Positions 1 to 15,290 of a DNA stretch of 64,000 bases are shown here, piece by piece. The DNA is taken from assembly GCF_006345805.1 (NCBI RefSeq), contig NC_042998.1, forward strand, positions 85,560,001-85,624,000. The letters are read 5' to 3'. Below the pieces are notes generated by a model, which was not told the origin of the DNA, searched no databases, and was given only the letters and a program-made list of their open reading frames with translations. Position numbers and translations under genes: made by a program. The stretch is from Octopus sinensis (lineage: Eukaryota). Numbering within the stretch: the first letter of the stretch is position 1; each line of letters opens with the position of its first letter.

Positions 1-891
1 AAAACCCATACATCTCTCTCTATTTTCCTATTGTTGTTTGTAAGTTTTTTCTCTCCTATTCTTTTTCACTCCCCCCTCTATCTCTATCTCTCTTTCTTTC
101 TCTATCTCCCTGTAGCTCTCACTCTTTCTATCTCTCTTTCCCACTCTATCTTTCTCTGTACATTGAGATTAATTTTTCTGTAGAAAATATCCATAAGAGA
201 CACACAAAGAGAAAGACAGAAATTGACACAGTGAGATAGACAGAGAAACACACAGACACAGACAGACAGTGGCTCAAAAGAAACTTCTCTCTTTTAATAA
301 TAATAATAATAATTGTGTACAGTGCTTCCTCCTTTGCTTATTATTATCTCTCAACAATGAATATTATCAGCCTAGCAATGATACTTCAATCAGTCTGCCC
401 TTAAATTTTAGATGTCGCTTTTTAGCCAAGTTGTCTGCACATTTCTAGCTTCAATTATGCAAACGGAACTTTGAGTCTTGACCATTTCCCCCAGTAAATT
501 TTATGAAAGCTTGTTGTTATGTTTACCCCTGCCTCAACTTTGATTGTGCCAACCTATGATCAAAGGCATCATTTTTTTATTTATAAATTTGCTTTCCTTC
601 TCTCCCTATGTACTAGGAACCCAGGAGTACATTACCCAATGAGCCTTTTCTATAATTCATAAACATTTTTCTTCAATGATGACGGTATGATTTGAAGGAG
701 ATTGGGTTGCTATTTCTAGCAGGACTAACAATCACATAGAGGCACCCTCACTGACTCAGTGGCGAAATTGACTGAGCTAAATAGGTAAATGCCCTCCACC
801 CCATAATAAATTGTGCAGCTGTAAGCTTGTGGTATGAAGTAGGAGAAGGCATTTACCTCTGGGATGTTCGAGTAACTGCAGGTTGTGTGAG

Positions 892-943
<52 letters not shown>

Positions 944-1479
944 TAATCCAAACATGAAAACACAAAGGGAAAACACAACACAAGGATGTGAAATAAACAC
1001 ACATAATATATACATATCTTTTCATCCATTAATACATACATACATACATATCTTTTGTTTAGTCATGGACTGTGGCCATGCTGGCGCACCACCTTCAGGG
1101 CTTTTAGTGGAATAAATTGAACCCAGTACTTATTCATTTTTTAAAACCTAGCCCTTATTCCATTAGCTTCTTTTGCTGAACCACTAAGTTACAGGGGTGT
1201 AAACAAACCAACCCTTGTTGTTAAGCAGTGTCTAGGGACAAATACAAACACAGACAGTTATATATACATACACATATACATGATGGGCTTCTCTCAGTTT
1301 TTCTCTACCGGATCTACTCACAAGGCTTTGGTTGGCCCAAAACTATAGCAGAAGATGCTTGCCCAGAGTGCGACATTTATGCCCCCATATTTTAGGGGCC
1401 TCCTTCTTGTTCTATTTTGCTGTTCTATTCTGTTGATATTTATTTTTATCATTTTTATTGATTTCAACCCTTCTTACTC

Positions 1480-1900
1480 CATATCAATCTTCCACGCTGC
1501 CATCACCATCACCACCACCACCACTACCCCATCAACATCATACTGTCTCTTGTTTATTGGTTTCTCTTATATTTCTTGCTTGTCTCTAATATCTTAGGTC
1601 CTTGTGGCTGCCAATTATTGTTGATGTTGTTGTTGTTTAATGAGGCAAATCCAAGGTGTGGTTATTTCTACTTGAAAACTATTATCATCATCATTGATGG
1701 GGGTGCGTGATGATGGGAATGATAGTGGTGATGGTGGTATAAATGGGATTGATGCTGATGCAGTTACAGTGGTGGTGGTGGTGTCAGTAGTAGCAATGGT
1801 GATGTAGGTGGGAACGATGCTTATGTAGGCGGTGGTGATGGTGATGGTGATGGTAGTAGTAGTAGTAATGGCACCATAGTAGTAGGTGTATTCACCCATG
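1480..1900. repeat. Low-complexity trinucleotide (CAC/GGT/GAT/AGT) region
   Basis: Mixed trinucleotide runs; no frame stays open with a credible product. Confidence 0.7.
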
Positions 1901-2924
1901 ATTGCTTGCTGTGTGTGTGTATGTATTTAGTTCTGGCAATCTCGGCTGTTATCAGCCGCCTCTCTAGTTCTTTAGTTTTACTATGGTTGGTCGTCTGACT
2001 GTGTGTGTGTATGTACGTGTAAATATGTGACTGTGTGTGTGTGTGTGTGTGTGTGTTGGAGGAGGGGGAGTGGGGATTGCTGGTCAGATCGTTCAGTCGA
2101 CAGATTTTGATTTCTAGCTCCCTCCGCTTTTCAAACCTAAAAGTTTTTCTCCTCACTTGCAGTCTATCTTCTTTCTCCTTTTACATAACAGCACATGGCG
2201 ATTTGCTATGAAAAATCAATAACGACAGCACAATCTATATTAAAACTAGGTTCCTTGGTTTGCTTAGATTCCAGGTCACCCTGACCTAGGACTCTATATT
2301 CTGCCTGCTATTTCAGGTAGTCTAACTCGGTCACCAGCTATTACATCGTTTCATTAATGCTTTTTCTGCCTTTTGTTTTATTTCTTTGTTGTTGCTTCTT
2401 TTTTTTTTCTCTCTCTCTAAATATATTTATATTTGGTTTTACATTTTTCTAATCTTTTTTCCGGCTGCAGAATCTCTTATTCCCACTAAATATGTGTGTT
2501 TATGTATGTATATGTGTGTATATATATGTATATATATATATATGTGTGTGTGTATATATATATATTAAACACATGCATGTACAGACATACTTAATCATAT
2601 ATAAATATGTGTATGTATATATATATATATAACAGTTCTACTCCTTTATCAATTCAGTGATCAGCATATTTTCTTGATTTATTTTTACACCCTCTATCTT
2701 CCCCTTAACTTTATCTACCTTTCTTTCACTCACCAGCACAAACACACACACACCCCTGTCTCATGTAAACTTCTAACTTGTCTGGCTTGTATTCTTTACT
2801 TAGTTCCATGCCTACACCTCTCTTTCTACAAACACATGCACAACATGCACATATTCACACTTACTCAAACATTTGCTTACTGACACACACAGATACATAC
2901 ATATATATATATATATATATATGA

Positions 2925-2990
<66 letters not shown>

Positions 2991-4269
2991 CAGTTGGCCT
3001 TAGTTTTCCCCTCATACCAACCCACTCCTATTTGATAACCTTATTTTCTTCAGATCCTATATCTTTTAATGATGATAATGATGATGATTATCATCATTAT
3101 TATCTTCAATATTCATTAAAGATTAAAAAAATATATACAAAAAAATAATAATTATGTTAAAGAAATGTGAAAAATATTGGATTACTAAGTTATTCAGCTA
3201 TCTTCTGTGTATGAGACACATCAAGGAATTTAAGTACACACATACACAAATACATATACAACACATACATATAATCATATGCATGGAGACATACATGCAC
3301 ACATATAGAAAGATGTAAACATACATATCACATGCGAAGGTGTATGTATATGTGTGTGTGTATAGACAAAAATATGAGCATAACTATTGTATGTGTGTAT
3401 GTATGTATAGGTACTAATGCATAAGTATATAAAGTACACACCTGAAAGTATATATTTTCATATAAATATAACATACACTTACATAAAAGAGAATGTGTGT
3501 GTATGTGCATGTATATTTATATACACATGCATACATATGTACAAAATACACAGATATCCTCATCAATTTACACACACACACACACCTATGTATATATATA
3601 TATATATGGGTCTATGTCTATCTATCTCTTTCTATACACACACTTAAATACATAAATACAAATAGCTTTTTAATTTAACTCGGTCATGCATTTATAAATA
3701 CCACAGCAATTACACTACAGATTCTGTTTACACATAATCCTATTTCAGCTACACTTACATGGGTTTGTGTGTGTAATATGTAAGCAGGGCATACATGCTA
3801 AATACACATACAGAAGTCTTGCATACAGTAATAGATTAGTCGCAAAACTTCCATTAACTTAATACTGTCCTTGCAATGAGAGGAAAAAACTACCTCTCAG
3901 ACTAATCAAAATACATTTTTAAAAAATGAAAACTGTAAGTCATTTCAGCTAATTTCTGAAAATCTAATATCTGGAAAAAAAATTAACTTGTGAAGGCAGT
4001 TCCTTTAAAAGGCAAGAGCCATTCAAGGGTGGATCTTGTTTTGAAAACTTGGAAGACATCAGCAAGGTTGATAACTCCAATAATTTCAATCAATCCAGGC
4101 TTTGGGATAACAGAGGCAATGCAGTTAGTTGATATATTCATAGTTACCTCGCTTGCTTACTGCTTTAGCTTTTAAACGCTTCTGGAAGAAGTTTTTGCCA
4201 TAAGGACAAAGTCAGTTCATCAAAGTTTTGTAGTTCACTTCATTACATATATAAGACTCTGCCTATATA

Positions 4270-4300
<31 letters not shown>

Positions 4301-5732
4301 TCTCCTCTCTCTTTCTTTCTCTCTCTCTATCTATCTATCTATCTACATATATATAGTAAATATGGTTTGCTGAAGAGATCTAATAAGACTGAAACATATC
4401 TATTGCTTTCACTAGTTGGCTTTAAATGCAAGATCCATTTCTAACTGCATTGTTTATTTCCCAAAATTGATAATTAGCTGATATTGCAGGAGTTATTTTT
4501 TTTCACCTGACTAGAGGGAGTTTTCATCTTCTGAATGCAAGGTTAATATCAGTTAATGCCAGTTTTTGGACTCATTATATTGCTTATGTGAGATTCTTCT
4601 GCTCAAACAGGCACACGTACATGCAAATATATACTATATATGCTATCTGTCTGTCTGTCTGTCTGTCAATATCTATAAAGCTGAAATTCGAAAAAGTTGT
4701 TTGATTTCTTGGTTATTTGTTTCATTTTGGAATGGGGTCGGATTGGCGCCAAAATTTACATTTATAGCTAATCTATATATATATATATATATATATGTAC
4801 ACACACACATACATGTACATACATACACACAATAGGTGATAGTTTGCTGTACTCAAATGAATTTGAACTTAAACTTCGAATTCTTCATCCAGGACTAAAT
4901 CCACAGTGTCAAGAGTGGCTATAAAGAGAAATTCCAGTGAGCTGATGTGAAGGTAGTGATGCAGATAAGCACAGTTAGGCTTGACAAATATATACATATA
5001 TAGATAGATATGCATAGACACATTTGTCTACATATATATTTCAAAAGATAAACGCATATATACAAATATATAGAGACATGTGTATAAGCAACGAGCAGGT
5101 GTATTAGTTTGACACTTGGGGAAGTGAGAAAGTCTTTTATGTTTCGAGCCTATGCTCTTCAACAGAAAGGAACACAGGAAATAAATAGAGAGAATAAGAA
5201 AACTTATGGATTTTGTGATGAATCATGGTGACTGTAAATATATATTTGTGTGTGTGTGTGGCTGTGTAGTCATAAGTTTACTTCCCAACCACATGGTTCC
5301 AGATTCAATCTCACAGCATGGCACCTAGGGCAGATGTCTTCTACTATAATCTCAGGCTAACCAAAGCCTTGTGAGTAGACAGAAACTGAAAGAAGGCTGT
5401 CATAAACACATAAATGTGTGTGTGTGTGTATTTGTCTGTCACCACCATTTGACATTTGTGTTTGTTTATGTCTCCCATCACTTAGCAGTTCAGTAAAAAG
5501 AGACTGATAGAATGTAAGTACTAGGTTTTAAAAAGAAAAGTACTGGGGTTAATTTGTTTGACTAAACTTTCAAGGCAGTGCCCCAGCATGGCTGCAGTCT
5601 AATGACTGAAACATGTAAATGGTGAAAAATATTTTTTAAAAATGTGTCTATGTGCATGTGTACGTATCAAGCCTAATTGTGCCTATCTGCATCTCTCCCT
5701 CTCTCACCCCTTCCCTTTCTCTCTCCCCCTCC

Positions 5733-5773
<41 letters not shown>

Positions 5774-5789
5774 CACACATAATATATAC

Positions 5790-6050
5790 AGCGTGTGTGT
5801 AGAAGACTGAGGTGGTGAAGACATGTGATGCATATGGTGATGACAGTTGAGCAAAGAAGTAACTAACTATCCTTGTGGAAAGAAACTGTGGGAGCAAGAG
5901 AAGACCAAGAAAGAAATTGGAAGACATTAGAAATGTAATGTAAAATGATTTCAGCAAATTGAACCTCACATTGAAGATGACAAACAACCACAAGTGGTGA
6001 GGCACTTGAAAAAAATTGCCTGTCCAACCCACACAGGTACAGCAAGGCAA
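5790..6050 (+). mobile_element. RTE LINE ORF 3' end remnant
   Basis: RLRWW.HVM..GSKRRPRKK..DI.NVM.NDFSKLNLTLKMT pattern. Similar remnants at 41400-41530(-) and 46820-47100(-; RRLVRTEIRMVWWMSGVSLKER). Confidence 0.65.
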
Positions 6051-6117
6051 GCATGAAATGGTGATAATAATGTGTACTATGTATGTGTGTGTATCTATCT
6101 CTGTATACCTTTCTTAC

Positions 6118-6176
<59 letters not shown>

Positions 6177-6184
<8 letters not shown>

Positions 6185-6960
6185 GTATATGCATATATAC
6201 ATACATATATGTTCATACTTACATATATATGTATATATACATGCATGTATGGGTACAGGATGTCAAAAAAACGTGAACAAAGAGAGAAACGAGAACGTTA
6301 AAAAAATAATTACAATGCACACTCTTATTCCATCTCTATTCTGTCTATCTATCTCCCTCTCTTGTTCTTCCTTTCTGTTTTTCTCTCCTGCCCTTTCCCT
6401 ATTCTTCTCCTCTTCTCTTCACCATTCCTTCTCACTCTCTCTCCCTCCTTGACTCTCTCATTGCTCACATGTGACCAACGGCTATCCATCTTTCTTTCTT
6501 CCACTTCCTTCCTAAAGACAAGACATGCTTTTACTTGTTTCTTCTCAAAGCACGTTTTTCCAGCATTCACCACTTCACATCATCTTGGCTTAACAGCCCT
6601 CACTGTTTGTTTTTACTGTTTTGTTCTCACTGTCCTGTTTTTGTTACCACTTTAATCCTCCGCAAAAAATCCCAAATTTTATTTAATTTGCTTTGTGGGA
6701 AGGACTGTCCCTACCTATGCAACACAGAGTAGATAAAACAGGGGACAACTGATGAAGAGAATGTTCTTTATGTTGCCTGTCTCACTCTCTATTTGTTTCT
6801 TTCGTTTTTCAAAATTGTTTGTTTTCTCTGTTTCTTTTATGTTCTCGTTTCTCTTTTTGTTCACGTTTTTTTTAATGTCCTGTACCCATATATGCATGTA
6901 TATATACATATATATGTAGGCATGTACATATATGTATGTATATATGCATGTACATATATT
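6177..6960. mobile_element. Foldback/TIR element with ~120-bp arms
   Basis: 6177-6296 is the reverse complement of 6841-6960 at high identity (..catgcatgtatgggtacaggatgtcaaaaaaacgtgaacaaagagagaaacgagaac). Confidence 0.7.
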
Positions 6961-7589
6961 ATATATTATTATATATTATTATACGATCGAACACCATGTC
7001 TGTGTGGCAAAATGTGTGTGCATGTGTTATATGTGCTTGACTGTGTGGCAAAATAAGAGAAGAGGAAACTGAAAGAAGCCTGTCGTCATCTGTGTGGTGT
7101 GTTTCGGGTGTCTGTTTTGTCCCCCCAACATCTTTACAACCGAGGTGAGTGTTTACGCCCCGTAACGTAGCGATCTCAAAAGTGATCAATAGATAAGTAC
7201 TAAAGCGTACAAAGAATAATCCTAGGTGTGTTTACGTGACTTAAAAGCATGCTCCAGGCAGGCCACAGTCAGATGACTGATCAAGTAAAAGAGTATATAA
7301 TATTATATGTATTATCTATATCTATTGTGTGTATATATATGTATGTATATGCATATATCTATATATATATCTATAGATATATATATATATATATATATCT
7401 ATATGTACATTACACCGACACTACCCACCTAACACACCACCACACCTCACAAATACTTCCATCCATTTCCACCCACAACCCAAAAATCGAAGCATCCACC
7501 ACACTCATCCAAAAACCTCAATCTACTGTCACAGACCCAAATTAAAAACCTTATAAAATCCAACAAAATCCTCCAAATGTAAAAGGCAA

Positions 7590-8050
7590 CACAATCTTAA
7601 AAAACTCTTGACAAATGCCAAACTTCACACACCACATCAACCCCCCCAGCAGTAAAAAAATGTGCACGCCCAAACTGTGGGACTGGCCCTCCTACTTGAA
7701 GTTCTGAATTTACCTTCAAACAAGGTACGAAGTTTAAAATCAAGACTAACTTCTCCTGTTCCTTCCGATAACCTTATCTACATTCTCACATCGCTAGTTG
7801 CCAACATAATTAGTGTTGGACAACACGAGTCTCCCGTTACGTAAACGAGTAGCGGTGCATAAAGAACAAATAAAATCTCCCGGAATAAACCGACAAATTC
7901 CACTGAGTGACCACATAGACTCATGCGCTAAAGACTTAACCCCAAATTCTATATATTCCCCTTCTACCAATGTAAAGACGGCATCACCACACAGGAGAGA
8001 ATTAACAAGGAGAATCTCTTTATTGAAAAATTCCAAACACAACTTAATAT
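7590..8050 (+). mobile_element. Penelope-like element, degenerate GIY-YIG endonuclease fragment (subfamily 1)
   Basis: Frameshifted pieces VKKCARPNCGT / NLIYILT..SVGQ / LRKRVAVHKEQIKS..PLSDHIDSC / FYIFPFYQ..RINKENLFIEKFQTQLN fit the PLE Cys/His plus GIY-YIG layout. Confidence 0.75.
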
Positions 8051-8871
8051 CAAAACTCCTCGTTGATCAAACTTCCCTTTTCTACCTTCATTCTTCATGG
8101 ATGGACTCATCACAATATATAAGGACACCATAGATTCATCACTTCAAGCAAGCAAAAACTTATATTCTTTAAATATCATTTTTTACTATGTTTTATTACC
8201 ACATCTTTATATATTTATGATATACAATCTGAAATGCAATTGTCTATGCAAATTTATATAATTAGGAAATAATATAAACAATTGTAAAATCTGAAAGTTA
8301 AATTAACAAACATTACATAAAAAAGATAATGCAAATGAAGCTAAAATGACAATTTTATAATTTGGGGGTTTATCAGCAGCCTTTATTAAGAAACTCAAAA
8401 GAGTTGTCTCCCCTTATTCACAACACAGGAACTGAGAACCACAATTACTACTACTTCCTATTTTTGCCAACATCCTAATTAAACCAAACAACATATGGCC
8501 TTAATCCCATTGGATCCTAATACCTCAAGGTAATTTTTCGTGAAATTCATTAAACTCAAGATACAAACAACGAACTCACAATGTACCGGGAGTACTTATT
8601 TTTTAATTTTTATACATATTTATTATTATTCTTTTGCAAAAAAAATGCAACTTTTTTCCTCTTTTCTCATTTTTAAAAAACCTTTTCACCTGACTATTCT
8701 TGATAAGTCAAACTATGACAAAACCGTGTGAATAAATAAATATTTTATATAATTTTTTCACATTTTCTCATTTCATTAAAATTTTCTTTCAATCCGAGCA
8801 TTCTGATTTTTACAATTTTTTCCTTGCTTATCATTCTCCACGTGCGGTCAACACAAACCCACCATTTATGT

Positions 8872-10093
<1,222 letters not shown>

Positions 10094-10303
10094 TATATAT
10101 ATATATGTATATATATGTATATATATATATATATATATATGTTATATATATATGTATATATATATATGTATATATATATATGTATATATATATATGTATA
10201 TATATATGTTGTATATATATGTATGTATATATATATGTATGTATATATATATGTATATATATATATATATGTATATGTATATATATATGTATGTATATAT
10301 ATA

Positions 10304-10362
<59 letters not shown>

Positions 10363-10546
10363 GTATATATATATATGTGTATATATATATATGTGTATAT
10401 ATATATGTGTATATATATATGTGTATATATATGTGTATATATATATATATGTATATATATATATGTATATATTTATGTATATATATATGTATATATATAT
10501 ATATGTATATATATATGTATATATATGTATATATATATGTATATAT
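10094..10546. repeat. Compound (TA)n/(TATG)n microsatellite, ~450 bp
   Basis: Direct inspection. Confidence 0.95.
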
Positions 10547-11784
10547 TTTCAATATACTGCAAGAACATATCTAGCAATGGGGAAATATTACCTTGCTTGA
10601 AAACAGGTGAGTGCAGGCAATTGGAAAGACATCCAACTGTAGAAAATCCATCCAACACATGCCAGCATGGAAAAATGGATGTTAAATGATGATGACAGTG
10701 AATTTATTATACATATACTCTTTACTAGTATGTATTGTTAGAATAGGTACACCACATCTTCAGCATAGTGTAAGAGACCACTAAAAGCATTAGCTATCAA
10801 ACACTGCCTTAGAAAAACTGTCCAACACATGCCATCATGGAAAAGCAGATGTAAAACACTAATGAGAAGGATAATGAGTGTATCAAGGCAATTACTCATA
10901 ACAATTTCTGTTGAATAGTTTCACTTTGCTTAATATCCCTTTCTTTGTGCACACATGCATGCACGCACACACATTTCTTTATATCCTCCCAGGGAATGAA
11001 ATATGAGTAATATTTGTTTTATGGTTTCAGGCCTCTCAGTGTATTTCACTTGATAGCAACTTCTTGTATGATATCTTATAGTTCCTTTAAAATGCAATAT
11101 AATAGTGTAGAATAATTTATAATAATGATAAATAGTTTTAACTCTTTTTAGTTAGTAGCTAAGTTATAAGTTTTATCTTTTACTTGTTTCAGTCATTAGA
11201 CTGTGGCCATGTTGTGGAACTGCCTTGAAGAGTTTTTAGTCAAACAAATCAACCCTATTACTTTTTTTAAAGCCTGATACTTATTCAGTCGGCCTTTTTT
11301 TGCTGAATCACTAAGTTACAGGGATGTAAACAAACTAACACTAGTTGTCAAGTGGTGGTGGGGGACAAACACAGACACAAAGACACAAATAAATATCTCA
11401 TCATCATCATCGTTTAACGTCCATTTTCCAGGCTAGCATGTGTTGGACGGTTCAACTGGGGTCTGGGAAGCCAGACGGCTGCGCCAGGCCCAGTCTGATC
11501 TGGCAGTGTTTCTACAGCTGGATGCCCTTCCTAACGTCAACCACTCCATGAGTGTAGTGGGTGCTTTTTACGTGCCACCTGCACAGGTGCCAGACGAGGC
11601 TGGCAAATGGCCACGATCGGATGGTGCTTTTTACATATATATATATATATATATATCAAAATTCAATCAGTGGTGCCCCAACATGGCTGCGGCCTTCGGG
11701 CTAAAACATTTTTAAGGATATAAGGAAGGAAGATAGATTCAGCTATCAAGTTATTCCAGGTCAAATCATAAATATTTTTCTTCA

Positions 11785-12128
11785 TACATGGTTCCGGGTT
11801 CAGTTCCACTGCGTGGCACCTTGGGCAAGTGTCTTCTACTATACTCTTGGGCCAACCAAAGCCTTGTGAGTGGATTTGGTAGATGGAAACTGAAAGAAGC
11901 CTGTTGTATATATGTATGTGTTTGTGTGTTTGTGTTTGACCCCCCCCCCCAACATCACTTGACAACTGATGCTGGTGTGCTTATGCCCCCATAACTTAGT
12001 GGTTTGGCAAAAGAGACCGATAGAATAAGTACTAGGCTTACAAAGAATAAGTCCTGGGGTCGATTTGCTCGACTAAAGGCGGTGCTCCAGCGTGGCCGCC
12101 GTCAAATGACTGAAACAAGTAAAAGAGA
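11785..12128 (+). mobile_element. SINE family A copy (5' truncated)
   Basis: catggttccgggttcagttccactgcgtggcaccttgggc...gactgaaacaagtaaaagag. Confidence 0.85.
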
Positions 12129-12637
12129 GGTACAATCCCATTTGTAATCAAGGTTTGATGACAGTGTGCATATACAGATGAATTAAATTAAAAGTCACGA
12201 GTGGATAAGATGACAGTGATTTAAAAGAAAGTCCTCGAATGAATCAAATAAATACAAAAAACATCTTACGGCCATTTCAGAGAATGTGCAAAGAGGTAGA
12301 TACATCTTTTCAGCTTCGGTAATCATATTTCCTTCATCTCTAATTTGTAGTTATAAAAGGGTTCCAGATTTTTAAAGAGTTTTGAGTTTAAAACAGTGGA
12401 TGTAAAAATTGTAAATAAATATAAAAATTTCAAAACATCCAGAGTGCCTAAGCATAAAATAGATTTTCACATTGTATGACTACTAAAGATAGAAGAAATT
12501 GTATATTTATTGCTAATCTAAGTTAAATGAACAAATAACATCCAGGGTCAGTCAAAAACTAGATAGGGAAACCTAATCAGCATATATATTTTTTATTTAT
12601 CAAACTAAAAAAATTTTAAAGTTGAAAGAAGCTTGTG

Positions 12638-13015
12638 TCAACATGAGATCAAAACCTCAGAGATCTTATTTAGTAATAATTTCTTTTCGGTTTGTAATAT
12701 ATTAATAGCTTCCTTTAAGCTTAATTTACATACTTTCGTGTGAGTGTTATATGGAGTGTACTTGCCTATAATTGACCATTTTGAGGAGTATATCTTATTG
12801 GTATTTTTTAATTTGTTAATATAAATGGCTAAGGTAGTTGAATTCTTTGGCTCCTTATTTATGAATGAATTTACATGCGTTCTACGCCTGACTTTGAAAT
12901 TTGTAGTACTTCCTATATACACTTTTTTAGGCTCTTTTAGGATACTTACCTCACATCTATGCACTACATTATTGTGTAAGCAGCAACTGTCTAAAGAGCA
13001 GGCACTCTGGGAATG
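12638..13015 (-). mobile_element. Penelope-like element GIY-YIG endonuclease fragment (subfamily 2)
   Basis: ORF: CSLDSCCLHNNVVHRCEV..KVYIGSTTNFKVRRRTHVNSF..NSTTLAIYI..KWSII..CKLSLKEAINIL..LLNKISEVLISC, the typical PLE endonuclease C-terminus. Confidence 0.85.
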
Positions 13016-13019
13016 CCCT

Positions 13020-13056
<37 letters not shown>

Positions 13057-13057
<1 letters not shown>

Positions 13058-13569
13058 TAGCAGTATCGCCTGGCGTTGCTCGGGTTTGTAAGGGAAATAA
13101 CTATATAAGCATTTTTAGAGAGTTACTTCCCTTATAGATGCCAATTCGGGCTTTCTTAGCCATTTCTGTTTTGGTGTCTTCAAGCCATGAAGTCGTTGTT
13201 CTAAAAGAACGCTGGTCTCCTTGACAACGCTTTACGACATTGATTTCCTAACACTCCCTTCCCCACAGCTTCACGAGGGAGGGAAGAAGGGGGAGAAACA
13301 AACAGGTGCAGGTGTGACCATGGACGCCAACTCCGCCACCATCGACACACGAAAAATTATGCATTAAAATGGAATAAAAAATGATGTTAAATTATTTTAA
13401 AAATCATAGACTCATCGTAGACGCGCGCTAATACTCAGACGGGCTCGATATGAATCACGACTATAAGATACCCGAATTTGGTTAAACTGTACCGCAAAAT
13501 GTGGGAGTAGTTAGGAATCTAAATCGAAGGGGACAGACACTCACACAACTACAGTTTTATATATATAGA
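13057..13569 (-). mobile_element. Complete non-autonomous Helitron-like element
   Basis: The minus strand starts TCTATATATATAAAA and ends in a GC-rich hairpin region (cgagcaacgccaggcg) followed by CTAG. It is inserted between A and T with no TSD, next to a (TA)n tract. Confidence 0.75.
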
Positions 13570-14204
13570 TATACACAACAGGCTTTTTTCAGTTACCCAC
13601 TTACCCAAGTATCACACAGTGAGACTGAACCTGGAGCCAGGTGATTAGGAAGCAAACTTCTTACCACATAGCCAGGCCTGCCCCTATATATATATATGAA
13701 GGGAGTGAGAAAGAGAAAGGATTCCCACTTTCACTTCATGTTAGTTTTTCACATATAAAAGAAATAAATCTAGCATAGCTTCTAAATTTATCTAGCTTAA
13801 CAAATCACGCAGTCAATTCTGTAGTAAATTTTAATGCAACTTTATATAGCAGCCAAAATAATTATGCTGATCAGGATTATACACTAGTTGTTTTTTGACT
13901 CCACTGTTAAAACATCACATTTTATGGAACTTAATTCTTATTTTTACCACTTACACAAAATTTAACCAAACATTTTTCTTTCTATTAACCTTAAATCATA
14001 TATTTTAAGACCTAGCAAATTTTCTCCAACAAAAATGCACGAGGGAAAATAATGACTGGGAGAGGGAGAAATGGATGGAGGAAAATAATTTTGAGTCAAG
14101 GTGAATGATAGAGGAAAAGAACAAAGAAGTCTGAGCAGTAATATTAGTGATTGAGTATTTATGTGGTTCTAGGCAGGTAAATTCAATATTTCCCAGCTGT
14201 GTAA

Positions 14205-14560
14205 TAGGTACTTTTCAATATGTCTGCACTTTTTGGAGATTTTTGATCTGGTGTTTTAATAGAATTTGTTCATGAAAACTTTTGAGGATTTTCTTTTCTG
14301 CTGTACAAGGTTACACTTTTCATTTCCAGTTTGAGATGATTAGGACCTTTCCAGGGTTTTCCATTTAATACTCTAATCCAAAGCCTTTTATTTTTCCAGA
14401 TGTAGCCAATCAATTTTTCAGTGTTTTTTTTTTCATCTGCATGTTTAAAGGAGGATATATAATTATATAACTCTTGTTCGAGTTTCTTACTATTTGGTTT
14501 TGTTCTATAGAGGTATCTATTACCTTTAAATATTGCTTCTACCTTGCAGTGTGCTGTCTA
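14205..14560 (-). mobile_element. Highly degenerate Penelope-like GIY-YIG fragment (related to 12638-13015)
   Basis: Reads YNYISSFKHADEKKNTEKLIGYIW, then after frameshifts GNEKCNL..EKKILK..KCRHIEKY. Confidence 0.55.
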
Positions 14561-15014
14561 ATAAGTATGTACTAGAGTTTCTGAATAATCATGTACTTTG
14601 GTTTCTTTTCTTGGTGAGTAGTCTTGTTAGCCACTTAAAATTACATAAACCAAAGCAAGCTAATCACAGATTACCACGACCTAAAAGATCATCAGCAATC
14701 ATACTAAATGTTACCTTTCTACTGGTGGTCTGTGCACAATACCAATTGCTATGATTCTGTATTGGATTTAACTGAGAGGAGACAGTTTTCTAATAGTTGT
14801 GATAAAAGCTGCAAATCATCAGTTGGGTTGAAAAAAATCTTCTTCACTTTGCTGGTTATTAACAAGAGAAGGTCATAATGATCTGGCTCACAACCACCAC
14901 CATACCACTTCCTCTTTCTCCTCCTCCATTTGTGCTCTGTGAATTCCCTCTTCTTGATGAGGCAACTGTAGGAAAGGTACTTGAGTAGAAGTAAGCCCCT
15001 CTGTGTAATATTAG

Positions 15015-15290
15015 CCAACTTGGAGAAAGCCTTTGTAGCATTACACTCTCTGCAATCTGGTGGACACTGAGAAAACTAAGGGCAAATGAATGGTTTATGA
15101 GTGTCATGCAAGCCATGCATGGCAGTGCAGTTAGTAAAGTGAGAGTTAGAAATGAGCTTAGTGATGAATTTAACATACCAGTAGGGTTTCACCAGAACAT
15201 AGTCCTCACTCACCCTTGTTTATCATAGTCTTTCATGTCATAAGAGAGGTCTTGCTGTCCATGGAAGTTCCTATGGGCTTATAAACAAGT
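15015..15290 (+). mobile_element. RTE-clade LINE reverse transcriptase fragment
   Basis: LEKAF..IWWTLRKLRANEWFMSVMQAMHGSAVSKVRVRNELSDEFNIPVGFHQ, the RTE RT region before the YADD motif. Confidence 0.8.

Noticed and set aside
1615-2156. Thr-rich and Pro-rich ORFs and an ATGGCG (YY1-like) motif near 2195
   Set aside because: Trinucleotide low-complexity DNA; the motif alone is insufficient to call a promoter.
4147-4533. Possible minus-strand micro-exons (MKTPSSQ at ~4505-4530; KRLKAKAVSKR at ~4149-4182)
   Set aside because: Splice signals are plausible and phases compatible, but the next candidate acceptor (~3972) leads to a stop within 8 codons and there is no recognisable homology.
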